From positions 11,346,001 to 11,410,000 of the forward strand of contig CM022676.1 of assembly GCA_012295275.1 (NCBI GenBank): 64,000 nucleotides of DNA, written 5' to 3'. Source of the stretch: Chrysomallon squamiferum (lineage: Eukaryota; Animalia; Mollusca). This document shows positions 1 to 15,274 of this stretch, piece by piece; positions within the stretch are counted from its first letter, which is position 1, and each line of letters starts with the position of its first letter. The position numbers and the translations under genes were made by a program. A model generated the notes under the pieces. The model had not been told where the DNA came from and ran no database searches. It saw only the letters and a program-made list of their open reading frames with translations.

Positions 1-123
1 AATAATGTTGATGATGACAATAATAATAATAGGAGTAATAATAATAATGATAATAATAATAATAACAAAATGATAACAGTTGTGATGTTTAAAGAAAAAA
101 TAAATCATTAATTAATCACTTAC

Positions 124-457
124 CGTATACTTGTACACCGATCTGTTTGTTAAAACTGAGTGAATTAAATTTTGTATTCGACAAGGAACAGTAGCCGTCG
201 TCGTAGCTGAAGAAGAAACCTGTACAGTCGACTTGGTTGTAGCATGACATTGCACACTCCAGTCTGCTGACGATGTTTAAATTAACTGTTGTAATGTTAA
301 CTGGTTTGAAGTCTTTGTAGAGAGTTGACAGTTTGAAATATTTATCTCCACACGTTGTCTGCGTGGTACACGACGTCATCATACTAAGTAAAACAATTAT
401 AGAACAAAGATTTGTGTTCTTTACGCGACAACACCTGAATAGTTGATACACTTCCAT
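124..457 (-). CDS. Copy A (type 1), exon 1 only: signal peptide + PAN/apple-like domain of a PAN-fibrinogen-domain protein; remaining exons lie left of the window
   Basis: ATG at 457; hydrophobic stretch LCSIIVLLSMM; PAN-like pattern SRLECAMSC-x4-C-TGFFF-x6-C-SL; phase-1 donor G|GTAAGT at 124/123. Same 334-bp length as exon 1 of complete copies B, C, E, H. Confidence 0.85.
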
Positions 458-768
458 CGTACGGTGACAGTTAAAAACAGCTGAAATGAAAGTTTATTTC
501 TAAATAACAAGATAATAAAATTAGTAAGTCTAACACCAATGAATCAATCCTATAGAATAAGTTCGAGTCGGACGATTTTAAAATGTAGCATCCAACAAGC
601 ACTGAAAGTTGGCGTATCAGCAGGTTAGATACATTTTAAACAAACACTTTTTCAGTTACCCGAGTTTCACTGTGTCAAGTTGCTTTAGTTTCATTAGAAC
701 CATTGTTGTCAGTTTGAAAGTCTTTCACCAAACTGTGATCAGATGTTCAGATATGATTGATTTATATT

Positions 769-821
<53 letters not shown>

Positions 822-1230
822 AGTAATCAATGTGTGACTCGTGTGATCTCTTGACAAAACAAACAGAATATTCAACGCAACATACAATTTGTGTCAGAAA
901 TCCAACATTTTCTCAACAGTGTAGATTGGAAAATAGATTTCATATCGAATGTTTCTTTCTTTCTTTCTTTCTTCATACGAAAACGAACTAAAAGTCATTT
1001 AATTTATTTCTTTTTTTTTTTATCTTTTTTTTTGATACGACGGTTCTTACATTTTGTTTAGTGACAGTTTTCTTTGTTTTACAAATTGATTAATCACTGG
1101 TTCATGTTTTAGGTGTCTCAGCGGGTGAGTTCAATTCGAAACACCGAAATGTGAAATCGAAGACATTAATATACAACACTGAACAAAACAAAAAGAATGA
1201 AAATTGGAATTCATTACAGATCACAAACAC

Positions 1231-1520
<290 letters not shown>

Positions 1521-2049
1521 AACAATTGTTATGTCATATAAAAATGAATTTCATTTTTAATGGTGATATTAATTTATTAATCCAGTGACTTTCTTTGTTT
1601 CATCATCTTCTTCGCTTGGAAGATTATTACTTTTAAGTAGAAATTTTTGTTTCATAATTTCTTTGACTGGAACTTCATTCTGTTACTGGAGTATCAATTA
1701 ATAACGACGATGACGACTACAACAGTGAACGTTGTGGTTGTTTACTTTGTTACCTATATTTTTAGGATTAATAATTTACAATAAAGTATTTTTGCCATGA
1801 TACATTCTGAAGAAAACAATTTCAGGAAAATAGTGTTTTTAAATATTCTTTTCTCATTTCGCGTGTGTTTCTGTAATTCATTGTTTATTTTCAAGGAACT
1901 GAATTTAGTCAACATTTAGAATGAGGTATCACCGGGTGCAGGATCGAATCACTTGGGTTGCTTAGATACAATCAAACAGTGTTTTGTACTTGTTGTTAGA
2001 TGTTTTCTTTTTTTTTTAATGAAAAACTGAATCTTAGAAAACACGGAAT

Positions 2050-2290
2050 ATATGTGTACATATGTACGTATGTATGTATGTATGTATGTATGTATATATG
2101 TATGTATGTATGTAAGTATGTTTGTATGTATGTATGTATATGTGTATGTATATATGTATGTATATATGTATGTGTATATGTATGTATGTTTGTATGTATG
2201 CATGCATGTATGTATATATGTATGTATGTTTTTTTGTATGTATGTATGTATGTTTGTATGTATGTATATGTATGTATGTATGTATGTATG

Positions 2291-2324
<34 letters not shown>

Positions 2325-2358
2325 TGTATGTATGTATGTTTGTTTGTTTGTTTGTTTT
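2050..2358. repeat. (TATG)n microsatellite; paralogous tracts at about 26345-26590 and 33145-33410
   Basis: Directly visible. Confidence 0.95.
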
Positions 2359-2593
2359 ATTGATCTGAGAAGCACCAGGGATATATTCGTTTGTACTGAA
2401 TCGAAACAGCAGCTAATATTTTCTTTTTTATATATATATTTTTTATTATTTTTTATTTCTGAAAGAAAAAAGGAATAATGTCGATACGTGACAGACAGAA
2501 CATTTTCAAAAACACAACAAACTGGAGAGATGAAAAACACAACTGAACATGAATAATACATATGTTATATTTTGTACAGTAAATTATTGTTAA

Positions 2594-3484
2594 GTTCTAC
2601 CTGCATCCAGTCAACTGTGTTTTGTCAATTCAATCAAATATTTATTTCACACACTGAAGTTTTATCAATTTTCTCTTTCAGTCATATTTTTAAAACTTTC
2701 TTTTTCTGAATCGTTATTTTTTTTATGACGTTTACTCCTTCTTTGTTCAGAATTCTTGTAAATGTTGTCTTCTCATTATTAGGACTTCTTTACTGATTTA
2801 CGTTCGTGTCTATGTAAAAATGTTAATTGTCATCGTGTTTTCAATATCTGTATTATATGTTATATCACACGCAACTAATGTTATATGTTTAATATCTGCT
2901 TAATATTGTATACATTTAGTTCACAGGTAAACTATTTAACAAAACACTCACTGTCTTTTTTTTTTTAATAATATATTTACTGTACCCTGTAATATTTTGG
3001 GTTTTAATGTTTCTTTCAGTGTTTTGTTGTTCGGTGCAGAGAACTGTTTTTTTTTAACAGTGACACAAAACAATACAGTTTATCAGTTTGTAAAAATCAG
3101 TTATTGATTAACAAAACTGAACAAACAACACAATGAAATAAAGATTAAAATTCTAACTTTTGTCTTTTCTCTACTCGTCATGCTATACAGACAAAAACAA
3201 CAGACGTTCAGACGAACAGTGAAATATTGACGAATGAATATACAAACTGCTCAAGTTATTTTTGTTTTCATTACGAAGTTGATTATTTATTTACTGTTTT
3301 TTTTTTTATTAATTTATTATTCTTATTCTATATTCAGTATTTTACTTTATTTATTTTAAAATAGATTCACATTTTCAAAATAGTCACATTCAATCGTTTT
3401 GTGTTAAGCAGCTTTGGTTTGTGTTAAATAAGATATTTATTTCTATAATTTATCACCGTCATCCTTTTTCTTAGGCTTACTAAT
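2594..3484. repeat. Shared ~0.9-kb upstream module of the duplication unit; also at about 15720-16440, 26825-27730, 33655-34550, 40550-41400, and inverted at 45170-45830, 53081-53420, 57800-58150
   Basis: Recurrent anchors such as ctactcgtcatg...acaaaaacaacagacgttcagacgaacagtgaaatattgacgaatgaat and tttactccttctttgttcagaattcttgtaaa. Confidence 0.85.
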
Positions 3485-4790
3485 ACTGATTTTGTTACTG
3501 ATGTAACTGTTATTGTTGTTATTGATGTAACTGTTATTGTTGTTGTTGATGTAACTGTTGTTCTTGTTATTGATGTAACTGTTATTGTTGTTGTTGATGT
3601 AACTGTTGTTGTTGTTGTTGTTGTGGAAGGAAAAGTCAGTGATATACACTGAACACTAACTGTTATTGTTGTTCTTGATGTAACTGTTGTTGTTGTTATT
3701 GGTGTAACTGTTGTTGTTGTTATTGATGTAACTGTTGTTGTTGTTGTGGAAGGAAAAGTCAGTGATACACACTGAACACTAACTGTTATTGTTGTTGTTG
3801 ATGTAACTCTTGTTGTTGTTGTTGTTGTGGAAGGAAAAGTCAGTGATACACACTGAACACTAACTGTTGTTGTTGTTATTGATGTAACTGTTGTTGTTGT
3901 GGAAGGAAAAGTCAGTGATACACACTGAACACTAACTGTTGTTGTTGTTGTTGATGTAACTGTTATTGTTGTTGTTGTTGTTGTGGAAGGAAAAGTAAGT
4001 GATACACACTGAACACTAACTGTTGTTGTTGTTGTTGTTGTTGTTGTGGAAGGAAAAGTCAGTGATACACACTGAACACTAACTGTTGTTGTTGTTGTTG
4101 TTGTGGAAGGAAAAGTCAGTGATACACACTGAACACTAACTGTTGTTCTTGTTGTTGTTGTGGAAGGAAAACTCAGTGATACACACTGAACACTAACTGT
4201 TGTTGTTGTTGTTGATGTAACTGTTGTTGTTGTTGTTGTGGAAGGAAAAGTCAGTGATACACACTGAACACAAACTGTTGTTGTTGTTGTTGTTGTGGAA
4301 GGAAAAGTCAGTGATACACACTGAACACTGACTGTTGTTGTTGTTGTTGATGTAACTGTTGTTGTTGTTGTTGTTGTTGTGGAAGGAAAAGTCAGTGATA
4401 CACACTGAACACTAACTGTTGTTGTTGTTGTTGTTGTGGAAGGAAAAGTCAGTGATACACACTGAACACTAACTGTTGTTGTTGTTGTTGTTGTTGTTGT
4501 GGAAGGAAAACTCAGTGATACACACTGAACACTAACTGTTGTTGTTGTTGTTGATGTAACTGTTGTTGTTGTTGTTGTTGTGGAAGGAAAAGTCAGTGAT
4601 ACACACTGAACACTAACTGTCGTTGTTGTTGTTGTTGTTGTTGTGGAAGGAAAAGTCAGTGATACACACTGAACACTAACTGTTATTGTTGTTGTCGTTG
4701 TAACTGTTGTAGTTGTTGTTGATGTAACTGTTGTTGTTGTTGTTGTTGTGGAAGGAAAAGTCAGTGATACACACTGAACACTAACTGTTA

Positions 4791-4823
<33 letters not shown>

Positions 4824-6018
4824 TTGTGGAAGGAAAAGTCAGTGATACACACTGAACACTAACTGTTATTGTTGTTGTTGTTGTTGTTGTGGAAGGAAAA
4901 GTCAGTGATACACACTGAACACTAACTGTTGTTGTTGTTGTTGTTGTTGTTGTGGAAGGAAAACTCAGTGATACACACTGAACACTGACTGTTGTTGTTG
5001 TTGTTGATGTAACTGTTATTGTTGTTGTTGATGTAACTGTTGTTGTTGTTGTTGTTGTTGTGGAAGGAAAAGTCAGTGATATGCACTGAACACTAGCTGC
5101 TGTTGTTGTTGTTATTGGTGTAACTGTTGTTGTTGTTGTTGATGTAACTGTTGTTGTTGTTGTTGTTGTGGAAGGAAAAGTCAGTGATACACACTGAACA
5201 CTAACTGTTATTGTTGTTGTTGATGTAACTGTTGTAGTTGTTGTTGATGTAACTGTTGTTGTTGTGGAAGGAAAAGTCAGTGATACACACTGAACACTAA
5301 CTGTTATTGTTGTTGTTGATGTAACTGTTGTTGTTGTTGTTGTGGAAGGAAAAGTCAGTGATACACACTGAACACTAACTGTTATTGTTGTTGTTGATGT
5401 CACTGTTGTTGTTGTTGTTGTTGTGGAAGGAAAAGTCAGTGATACACACTGAACACTAACTGTTGTTGTTGTTGTTGTTGTTGTGGAAGGAAAAGTCAGT
5501 GATACACACTGAACACTAACTGTTGTTGTTGTTGTTATTGATGTAACTGTTGTTGTTGTTGTTGTGGAAGGAAAAGTCAGTGATACACACTGAACACTAA
5601 CTGTTGTTGTTGTTGTTGTTGTTGTTGTGGGAGGAAAAGTCAGTGATACACACTGAACACTAACTGTTGTTGTTGTTGTTGTTCTTGTTGTGGAAGGAAA
5701 ACTCAGTGATACACACTGAACACTGACTGTTGTTGTTGTTGTTGATGTAACTGTTATTGTTGTTGTTGATGTAACTGTTGTTGTTGTTGTTGTTGTTGTG
5801 GAAGGAAAAGTCAGTGATATACACTGAACACTAACTGTTGTTGTTGTTATTGGTGTAACTGTTGTTGTTGTTGTTGATGTAACTGTTGTTGTTGTTGTTG
5901 TGGAAGGAAAAGTCAGTGATACAGACTGAACACTAACTGTTATTGTTGTTGTTGATGTAACTGTTGTTGTTGTTGTTGTTGTGGAAGGAAAAGTCAGTGA
6001 TACATACTGAACACTAAC

Positions 6019-6054
<36 letters not shown>

Positions 6055-6682
6055 GGAAGGAAAAGTCAGTGATACACACTGAACACTAACTGTTATTGTT
6101 GTTGTTGATGTAACTGTTGTTGTTGTTGTTGTTGTTGTGGAAGGAAAAGTCAGTGATACACACTGAACACTAACTGTTGTTGTTGTTGTTGTTGTTGTTG
6201 TGGAAGGAAAAGTCAGTGATACACACTGAACACTAACTGTTGTTGTTGTTGTTGTTGTGGAAGGAAAAGTCAGTGATACACACTGAACACTAACTGTTGT
6301 TGTTGTTGTTGTTGTTGTGGAAGGAAAAGTCAGTGATACACACTGAACACTAACTGTTGTTTGTTGTTGTTGTTGTTGTGGAAGGAAAACTCAGTGATAC
6401 ACACTGAACACTAACTGTTGTTGTTGTTGTTGATGTAACTGTTGTTGTTGTTGTTGTGGAAGGAAAAGTCAGTGATACACACTGAACACAAACTGTTGTT
6501 GTTGTTGTTGTTGTGGAAGGAAAAGTCAGTGATACACACTGAACACTGACTGTTGTTGTTGTTGTTGATGTAACTGTTGTTGTTGTTGTTGTTGTTGTGG
6601 AAGGAAAAGTCAGTGATACACACTGAACACTAACTGTTGTTGTTGTTGTGGAAGGAAAAGTCAGTGATACACCGAACTTAAC

Positions 6683-6721
<39 letters not shown>

Positions 6722-9163
6722 GGAAGGAAAACTCAGTGATACACACTGAACACTAACTGTTGTTGTTGTTGTTGATGTAACTGTTGTTGTTGTTGTTGTT
6801 GTGGAAGGAAAAGTCAGTGATACACACTGAACACTAACTGTCGTTGTTGTTGTTGTTGTTGTTGTGGAAGGAAAAGTCAGTGATACACACTGAACACTAA
6901 CTGTTATTGTTGTTGTCGTTGTAACTGTTGTAGTTGTTGTTGATGTAACTGTTGTTGTTGTTGTTGTTGTGGAAGGAAAAGTCAGTGATACACACTGAAC
7001 ACTAACTGTTATTGTTGTTGTTGATGTAACTGTTGTTGTTGTTGTTGTGGAAGGAAAAGTCAGTGATACACACTGAACACTAACTGTTGACACACTTGTT
7101 GTTGTTGTTGTTGTGGAAGGAAAACTCAGTGATACACACTGAACACTAACTGTTGTTGTTGTTGTTGATGTAACTGTTGTTGTTGATTAACTGTTGTTGT
7201 TGTTGTTGTTGTGGAAGGAAAAGTCAGTGATATGCACTGAACACTAACTGTTGTTGTTGTTATTGTGTAACTGTTGTTGTTGTTGTTGATGTAACTGTTG
7301 TTGTTGTTGTTGTTGTGGAAGGAAAAGTCAGTGATACACACTGAACACTAACTGTTATTGTTGTTGTTGATGTAACTGTTGTGTTGTTGTTGATGTAACT
7401 GTTGTTGTTGTGGAAGGAAAAGTCAGTGATACACACTGAACACTAACTGTTATTGTTGTTGTTGATGTAACTGTTGTTGTTGTTGTTGTGGAAGGAAAAG
7501 TCAGTGATACACACTGAACACTAACTGTTATTGTTGTTGTTGATGTAACTGTTGTTGTTGTTGTTGTGGAAGGAAAAGTCAGTGATACACACTGAACACT
7601 AACTGTTGTTGTTGTTGTTGTTGTGAGTGGAAGGAAAAGTCAGTGATACACACTGAACACTTGTTGTTGTTGTTGTTGGAAGGAAAAGTCAGTGATACAC
7701 ACTGAACACTAACTGTTGTTGTTGTTGTTGTTGTTGTTGTGGGAGGAAAAGTCAGTGATGAACACTAACTGTTGTTGTTGTTGTTGTTGTTGTGGAAGGA
7801 AAACTCAGTGATACACACTGAACACTGACTGTTGTTGTTGTTGTTGATGTAACTGTTATTGTTGTTGTTGATGTAACTGTTGTTGTTGTTGTTGTTGTGG
7901 AAGGAAAAGTCAGTGATATGCACTGAACACTAGCTGTTGTTGTTGTTATTGGTGTAACTGTTGTTGTTGTTGTTGATGTAACTGTTGTTGTTGTTGTTGT
8001 GGAAGGAAAAGTCAGTGATACAGACTGAACACTAACTGTTATTGTTGTTGTTGATGTAACTGTTGTTGTTGTTGTTGTGGACGGAAAAGTCAGTGATACA
8101 TACTGAACACTAACTGTTGTTGTTGTTGTTGTTGTGGAAGGAAAAGTCAGTGATACACACTGAACACTAACTGTTATTGTTGTTGTTGATCTAACTGTTT
8201 GTTGTTGTTGTTGTGGAAGGAAAAGTCAGTGATACACACTGAACACTAACTGTTGTTGTTGTTGTTGTTGTTGTGGAAGGAAAAGTGTTGATTGTTGTTG
8301 AACATGTAACTGTTGTTGTTGTTGTTGTTGTGGAAGGAAAAGTCAGTGATACACACTGAACACTGTTGTTGTTGTTGTTAACTGTTGTTGTTGTTGTTGT
8401 TGTGTAAGGAAAAGTCAGTGATACACACTGAACACTAACTGTTGTTGTTGTTGTTGATGTAACTGTTGTTGTTGTTGTTGTTGTGGAAGGAAAAGTCAGT
8501 GATACACACTGAACACTAACTGTTGTTGTTGTTGTTGATGTAACTGTTGTTGTTGTTGTTGTTCTGGAAGGAAAAGTCAGTCATACACACTGACCACCAA
8601 CTGTTTTTGTTGTTGTTGTTGTTGTTGCTGTGGAAGGAAAAGTCAGTGATACACACTGAACACTGACTGTTGTTGTTGTTGTTGATGTAACTGTTGTTGT
8701 TGTTGTTGTTGTGGAAGGAAAAGTCAGTGATACACACTGAACACTAACTGTTGTTGTTGTTGTTGATGTAACTGTTGTTGTTGTTGTTGATGTAACTGTT
8801 ATTGTTGTTGTTGATGTAACTGTTGTTGTTGTTGTTGTGGAAGGAAAAGTCAGTGATACACACTGAACACTAACTGTTATTGTTGTTGTTGTTGTTGATG
8901 TAGTTGTTGTTGTTGTTGTTGTTGTTGTTGTGGAAGGAAAAGTCAGTGATACACACTGAACACAAACTGTTGTTGTTGTTATTGATGTAACTGTTGTTGT
9001 TGTTGTTGTTCTGGAAGGAAAAGTCAGTGATACACACTGAACACTGACTGTTGTTGTTGTTGTGGAAGGAAAAGTCAGTGATACACACTGAACACTAACT
9101 GTTAACTGTTGTTGTTGTTGTTGTTGTGGAAGGAAAAGTCAGTGATACACACTGAACACTAAC

Positions 9164-9196
<33 letters not shown>

Positions 9197-9889
9197 GGAA
9201 GGAAAAGTCAGTGATACACACTGAACACTAACTGTTGTTGTTGTTGTTGATGTAACTGTTGTTGTTGTTGTTGTTGTGGAAGGAAAAGTCAGTGATACAC
9301 ACTGAACACTAACTGTTTTGTTGTTGTTGATGTAACTGTTGTTGTTGTTGTTGTTGTGGAAGGAAAAGTCAGTGATACACACTGAACACTAACTGTTATT
9401 GTTGTTGTCGATGTAACTGTTGTAGTTGTTGTTGATGTAACTGTTGTTGTTGTTGTTGTTGTGGAAGGAAAAGTCAGTGATACACACTGAACACTAACTG
9501 TTATTGTTGTTGTTGATGTAACTGTTGTTGTTGTTGTTGTTGTTGTGGAAGGAAAAGTCAGTGATACACACTGAACACTAACTGTTGTTGTTGTTGTTGT
9601 TGTTTGTTGTTGTTGTTGTTGTTGTTGTGGAAGGAAAAGTCAGTGATACACACTGAACACTAACTGTTGTTGTTGTTTGATGTTGTTGTTGTTGTTGATT
9701 AACTGTTGTTGTTGTTGTTGTTGTGGAAGGAAAAGTCAGTGATACACACTGAACACTGACTGTTGTTGTTGTTGTTGATGTAACTGTTATTGTTGTTGTT
9801 GATGTAACTGTTGTTGTTGTTGTTGTTGTGGAAGGAAAAGTCAGTGATATACACTGAACACTAGCTGTTGTTGTTGTTATTGGTGTAAC

Positions 9890-9922
<33 letters not shown>

Positions 9923-10408
9923 GGAAGGAAAAGTCAGTGATACACACTGAACACTAACTGTTGTTGTTGTTGTTGATTGTTGTTGTTGTTGTTGTTGTGG
10001 AAGGAAAAGTCAGTGATACACACTGAACACTAACTGTTATTGTTGTTGTTGATGTAACTGTTGTTGTTGTTGTTGTTGTGGAAGGAAAAGTCAGTGATAC
10101 ACACTGAACACTAACTGTTGTTGTTGTTGTTGTTGTTGTTTGTGGAAACTGTTATTGTTGTTGTTGTTGTAACTGTTGTTGTTGTTGTGGAAGGAAAAGT
10201 CAGTGATACACACTGAACACTAACTGTTGTTGTTGTTGTTGATGTAACTGTTGTTGTTGTTGTTGTTGTGGAAGGAAAAGTCAGTGATACACACTGAACA
10301 CTAACTGTTGTTGTTGTTGTTGTTGTGATACACACTGAACACTGTTGTTGTTGTTGTTGTTGTTGTTGTTGTGGAAGGAAAAGTCAGTGATACACACTGA
10401 ACACTAAC

Positions 10409-10453
<45 letters not shown>

Positions 10454-12113
10454 GGAAGGAAAAGTCAGTGATACACACTGAACACTAGTTGTTGTTGTTG
10501 TTGTTGATGTAACTGTTGTTGTTGTTGTTGTTGTGGAAGGAAAAGTCAGTGATACACACTGAACACTGACTGTTGTTGTTGTTGTTGTTGTGGAAGGAAA
10601 AGTCAGTGATACACACTGAACACTAATTGTTGTTGTTGTTGTTGTTGTTGATACACACGAACACTAACTGTTATTGTTGTTGTTGATGTAACTGTTGTTG
10701 TTGTTGTTGTTGTTGTGGAAGGAAAAGTCAGTGATACACACTGAACACTAACTGTTGTTGTTGTTGTTGTTGATGTAACTGTTGTTGTTGTTGTTGTTGT
10801 TGTGGAAGGAAAAGTCAGTGATACACACTGAACACTAACTGTTGTTGTTGTTGTTGTTGATGTAACTGTTGTTGTTGTTGTTGTTGTGGAAGGAAAACTG
10901 TGTTAACTGTTGTTGTTGTTGTTGTTGATGTAACTGTTGTTGTTGTTGTTGTTGTTGATGTAACTGTTACTGTTGTTATTGATGTAACTGACTGTTGTTG
11001 TTGTTGTTGTTGATGTAACTGTCATTGTTATTTGAACACTAATTGTTATTGTTGTTGTTGATGTAACTGTTGTTGTTGTTGTTGTTGTGGAAGGAAAAGT
11101 CAGTGATACACACTGAACACTAACTGTTGTTGTTGTTGTTGATGTAACTGTTATTGTTGTTGTTGTGGAAGGAAAAGTCAGTGATACACACTGAACACTA
11201 ACTGTAACTGTTGTTGTTGTTGTTGTTGTGGAAGGAAAAGTCAGTGATATACACTGAACATTAACTGTTGTTGTTGTTGTTGTTGTGGAAGGAAAAGTCA
11301 GTGATACACACTGAACACTAACTGTTGTTGTTGTTGTGGTTGATGTAACTGTTACTGTTGTTATTGATGTAACTGTTACTGTTGTTAATGTTGTTATTGA
11401 TGTAACTGTTATTGTTGTTATTGATGTAACTGTTATTGTTGTTATTGATGTAACTGTTGTTGTTGTTGTTCTTGTTGTGGAAGGAAAAGTCAGTTATACA
11501 CACTGAACACTAACTGTTGTTGTTGTTGTTGATGTAACTGTTATTGTTGTTGTTGTGGAAGGAAAAGTCAGTGATACACACTGAACACTAACTGTTGTTG
11601 TTGTTGTTGTTGTTGTGGAAGGAAAAGTCAGTGATATACACTGAACATTAACTGTTGTTGTTGTTGTTGTTGTGGAAGGAAAAGTCAGTGATACACACTG
11701 AACACTAACTGTTGTTGTTGTTGTGGTTGATGTAACTGTTACTGTTGTTATTGATGTAACTGTTACTGTTGTTAATGTTGTTATTGATGTAACTGTTATT
11801 GTTGTTATTGATGTAACTGTTATTGTTGTTATTGATGTAACTGTTGTTGTTGTTGTTCTTGTTGTGGAAGGAAAAGTCAGTTATACACACTGAACACTAA
11901 CTGTTGTTGTTGTTGTTGATGTAACTGTTATTGTTGTTGTTGTGGAAGGAAAAGTCAGTGATACACACTGAACACTAACTGTTGTTGTTGTTGTTGTTGT
12001 GGAAAGAAAAGTCAGTGATATACACTGAACATTAACTGTTGTTGTTGTTGTTGTTGTTGTGGAAGGAAAAGTCAGTGATACACACTGAACACTGAACTGT
12101 TTGTTGTTGCTGT
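3485..12113. repeat. Compound minisatellite: 39-bp core GTGGAAGGAAAAGTCAGTGATACACACTGAACACTAACT separated by variable (GTT)n and GATGTAACT modules; over 100 cores; runs into the gap
   Basis: Directly visible. Higher-order duplications at 2218-bp offset (identical ORFs at 4193 and 6411) and 387-bp offset (11318 and 11705). Confidence 0.97.
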
Positions 12114-12313
12114 NNNNNNNNNNNNNNNNNNNNNNNNNNNNNNNNNNNNNNNNNNNNNNNNNNNNNNNNNNNNNNNNNNNNNNNNNNNNNNNNNNNNNNN
12201 NNNNNNNNNNNNNNNNNNNNNNNNNNNNNNNNNNNNNNNNNNNNNNNNNNNNNNNNNNNNNNNNNNNNNNNNNNNNNNNNNNNNNNNNNNNNNNNNNNNN
12301 NNNNNNNNNNNNN
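12114..12313. other. Assembly gap (200 N)
   Basis: Run of exactly 200 N. Confidence 1.
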
Positions 12314-12805
12314 TAACATTTATTTCCTAACTCAGACCACAGTATGTGAAAACAGCTAAATAAATAAGTAAATAAATATATAAATAAATAATTAAATAAA
12401 TAATTAAATAAGTAAATATGTACACAAAGCTACACACAAAGCATAAATTTATGCACCATAGAAAACAAAGTAGACATATTTAGACTCAGACATACATGCA
12501 TATATATAATAACAATTGTCAACAAAAAGCAAATGATAACAGCAGTTGTCTTCATAGCTATAGCTATTCTGCAGCAGAGTGAAAGCATGATTAAACTATT
12601 AACAATAACGTGACGTCATTGTTATGAATATTTCTAGTATTGTGTGAATTTATGTGAATACTATTACTCTTAACACATTATGACGTAATTTCTATAAATA
12701 CTACTGGTTTTGAGAAATCATGAGGTCATTTCTGTGGATACTACTGTTTTTCATACACCACGCATCATTTCTGTAAACTTTGCCATGGAACACTTTGACG
12801 TCATT

Positions 12806-14651
<1,846 letters not shown>

Positions 14652-15210
14652 CGTGCACTGTACTGTTCAGATGAAAGTATGTGTCTCAGTTAGAAATACA
14701 CATCGAATATTCAATACTTCTGACTTGAAAGTAGTATTTCTCAGTAAATCGGGTATTGAATGTTTTTTCACGTTCACCTGTTTTAAAAGAAAATAATTTA
14801 AAATAATAACCAGTGATGTTGTACACACAGACAAACAGAAAACTTAAATCGATATCCTCGTAGAATATGGATATAAAAGATAACAAAATAATAAAATAGT
14901 AGTATATCTAACACTCTTCAGTGAATCCTAAAAACTGGTATTTGTAACAGTTCTGAATTAATCCAGTAATGTTACGAATGGATCTAAGCCGGACAATTTC
15001 AAAACAGACATCGTAAAATGGCGCTTACCATAGCAACTAGCACTGAATGTGGCAAATTAACAGGTTAGGTAAGTGTTACACAAACAAACAAACGTTGAGC
15101 TTCTTCAGCTTCACGGTATCAAGTTGCTTTAGTTCATTAAAACCATTGTTGTCAGTTTGAATGTCTGCGTAAAACTGTGAACAGACGTTCAGATATCATT
15201 GATTTACATC

Positions 15211-15274
<64 letters not shown>

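Noticed and set aside
116-457. Stand-alone 113-aa PAN-only proteins (also 24763, 31521, 38426, and 123 aa at 45959 and 58278)
   Set aside because: The stop arises from reading into the GTAAGT donor; downstream FBG exons join in the correct phase. Intron-retained isoforms cannot be supported from sequence alone.
3485-12113. CRISPR-like pattern: constant 39-bp repeat with an internal hairpin and variable spacers
   Set aside because: Spacers are only (GTT)n/GATGTAACT modules, not unique sequences; no cas genes; the context is intron-containing eukaryotic DNA.
12032-12319. ORFs containing runs of X (also 52823-53257)
   Set aside because: Artefacts of translating through N gaps.
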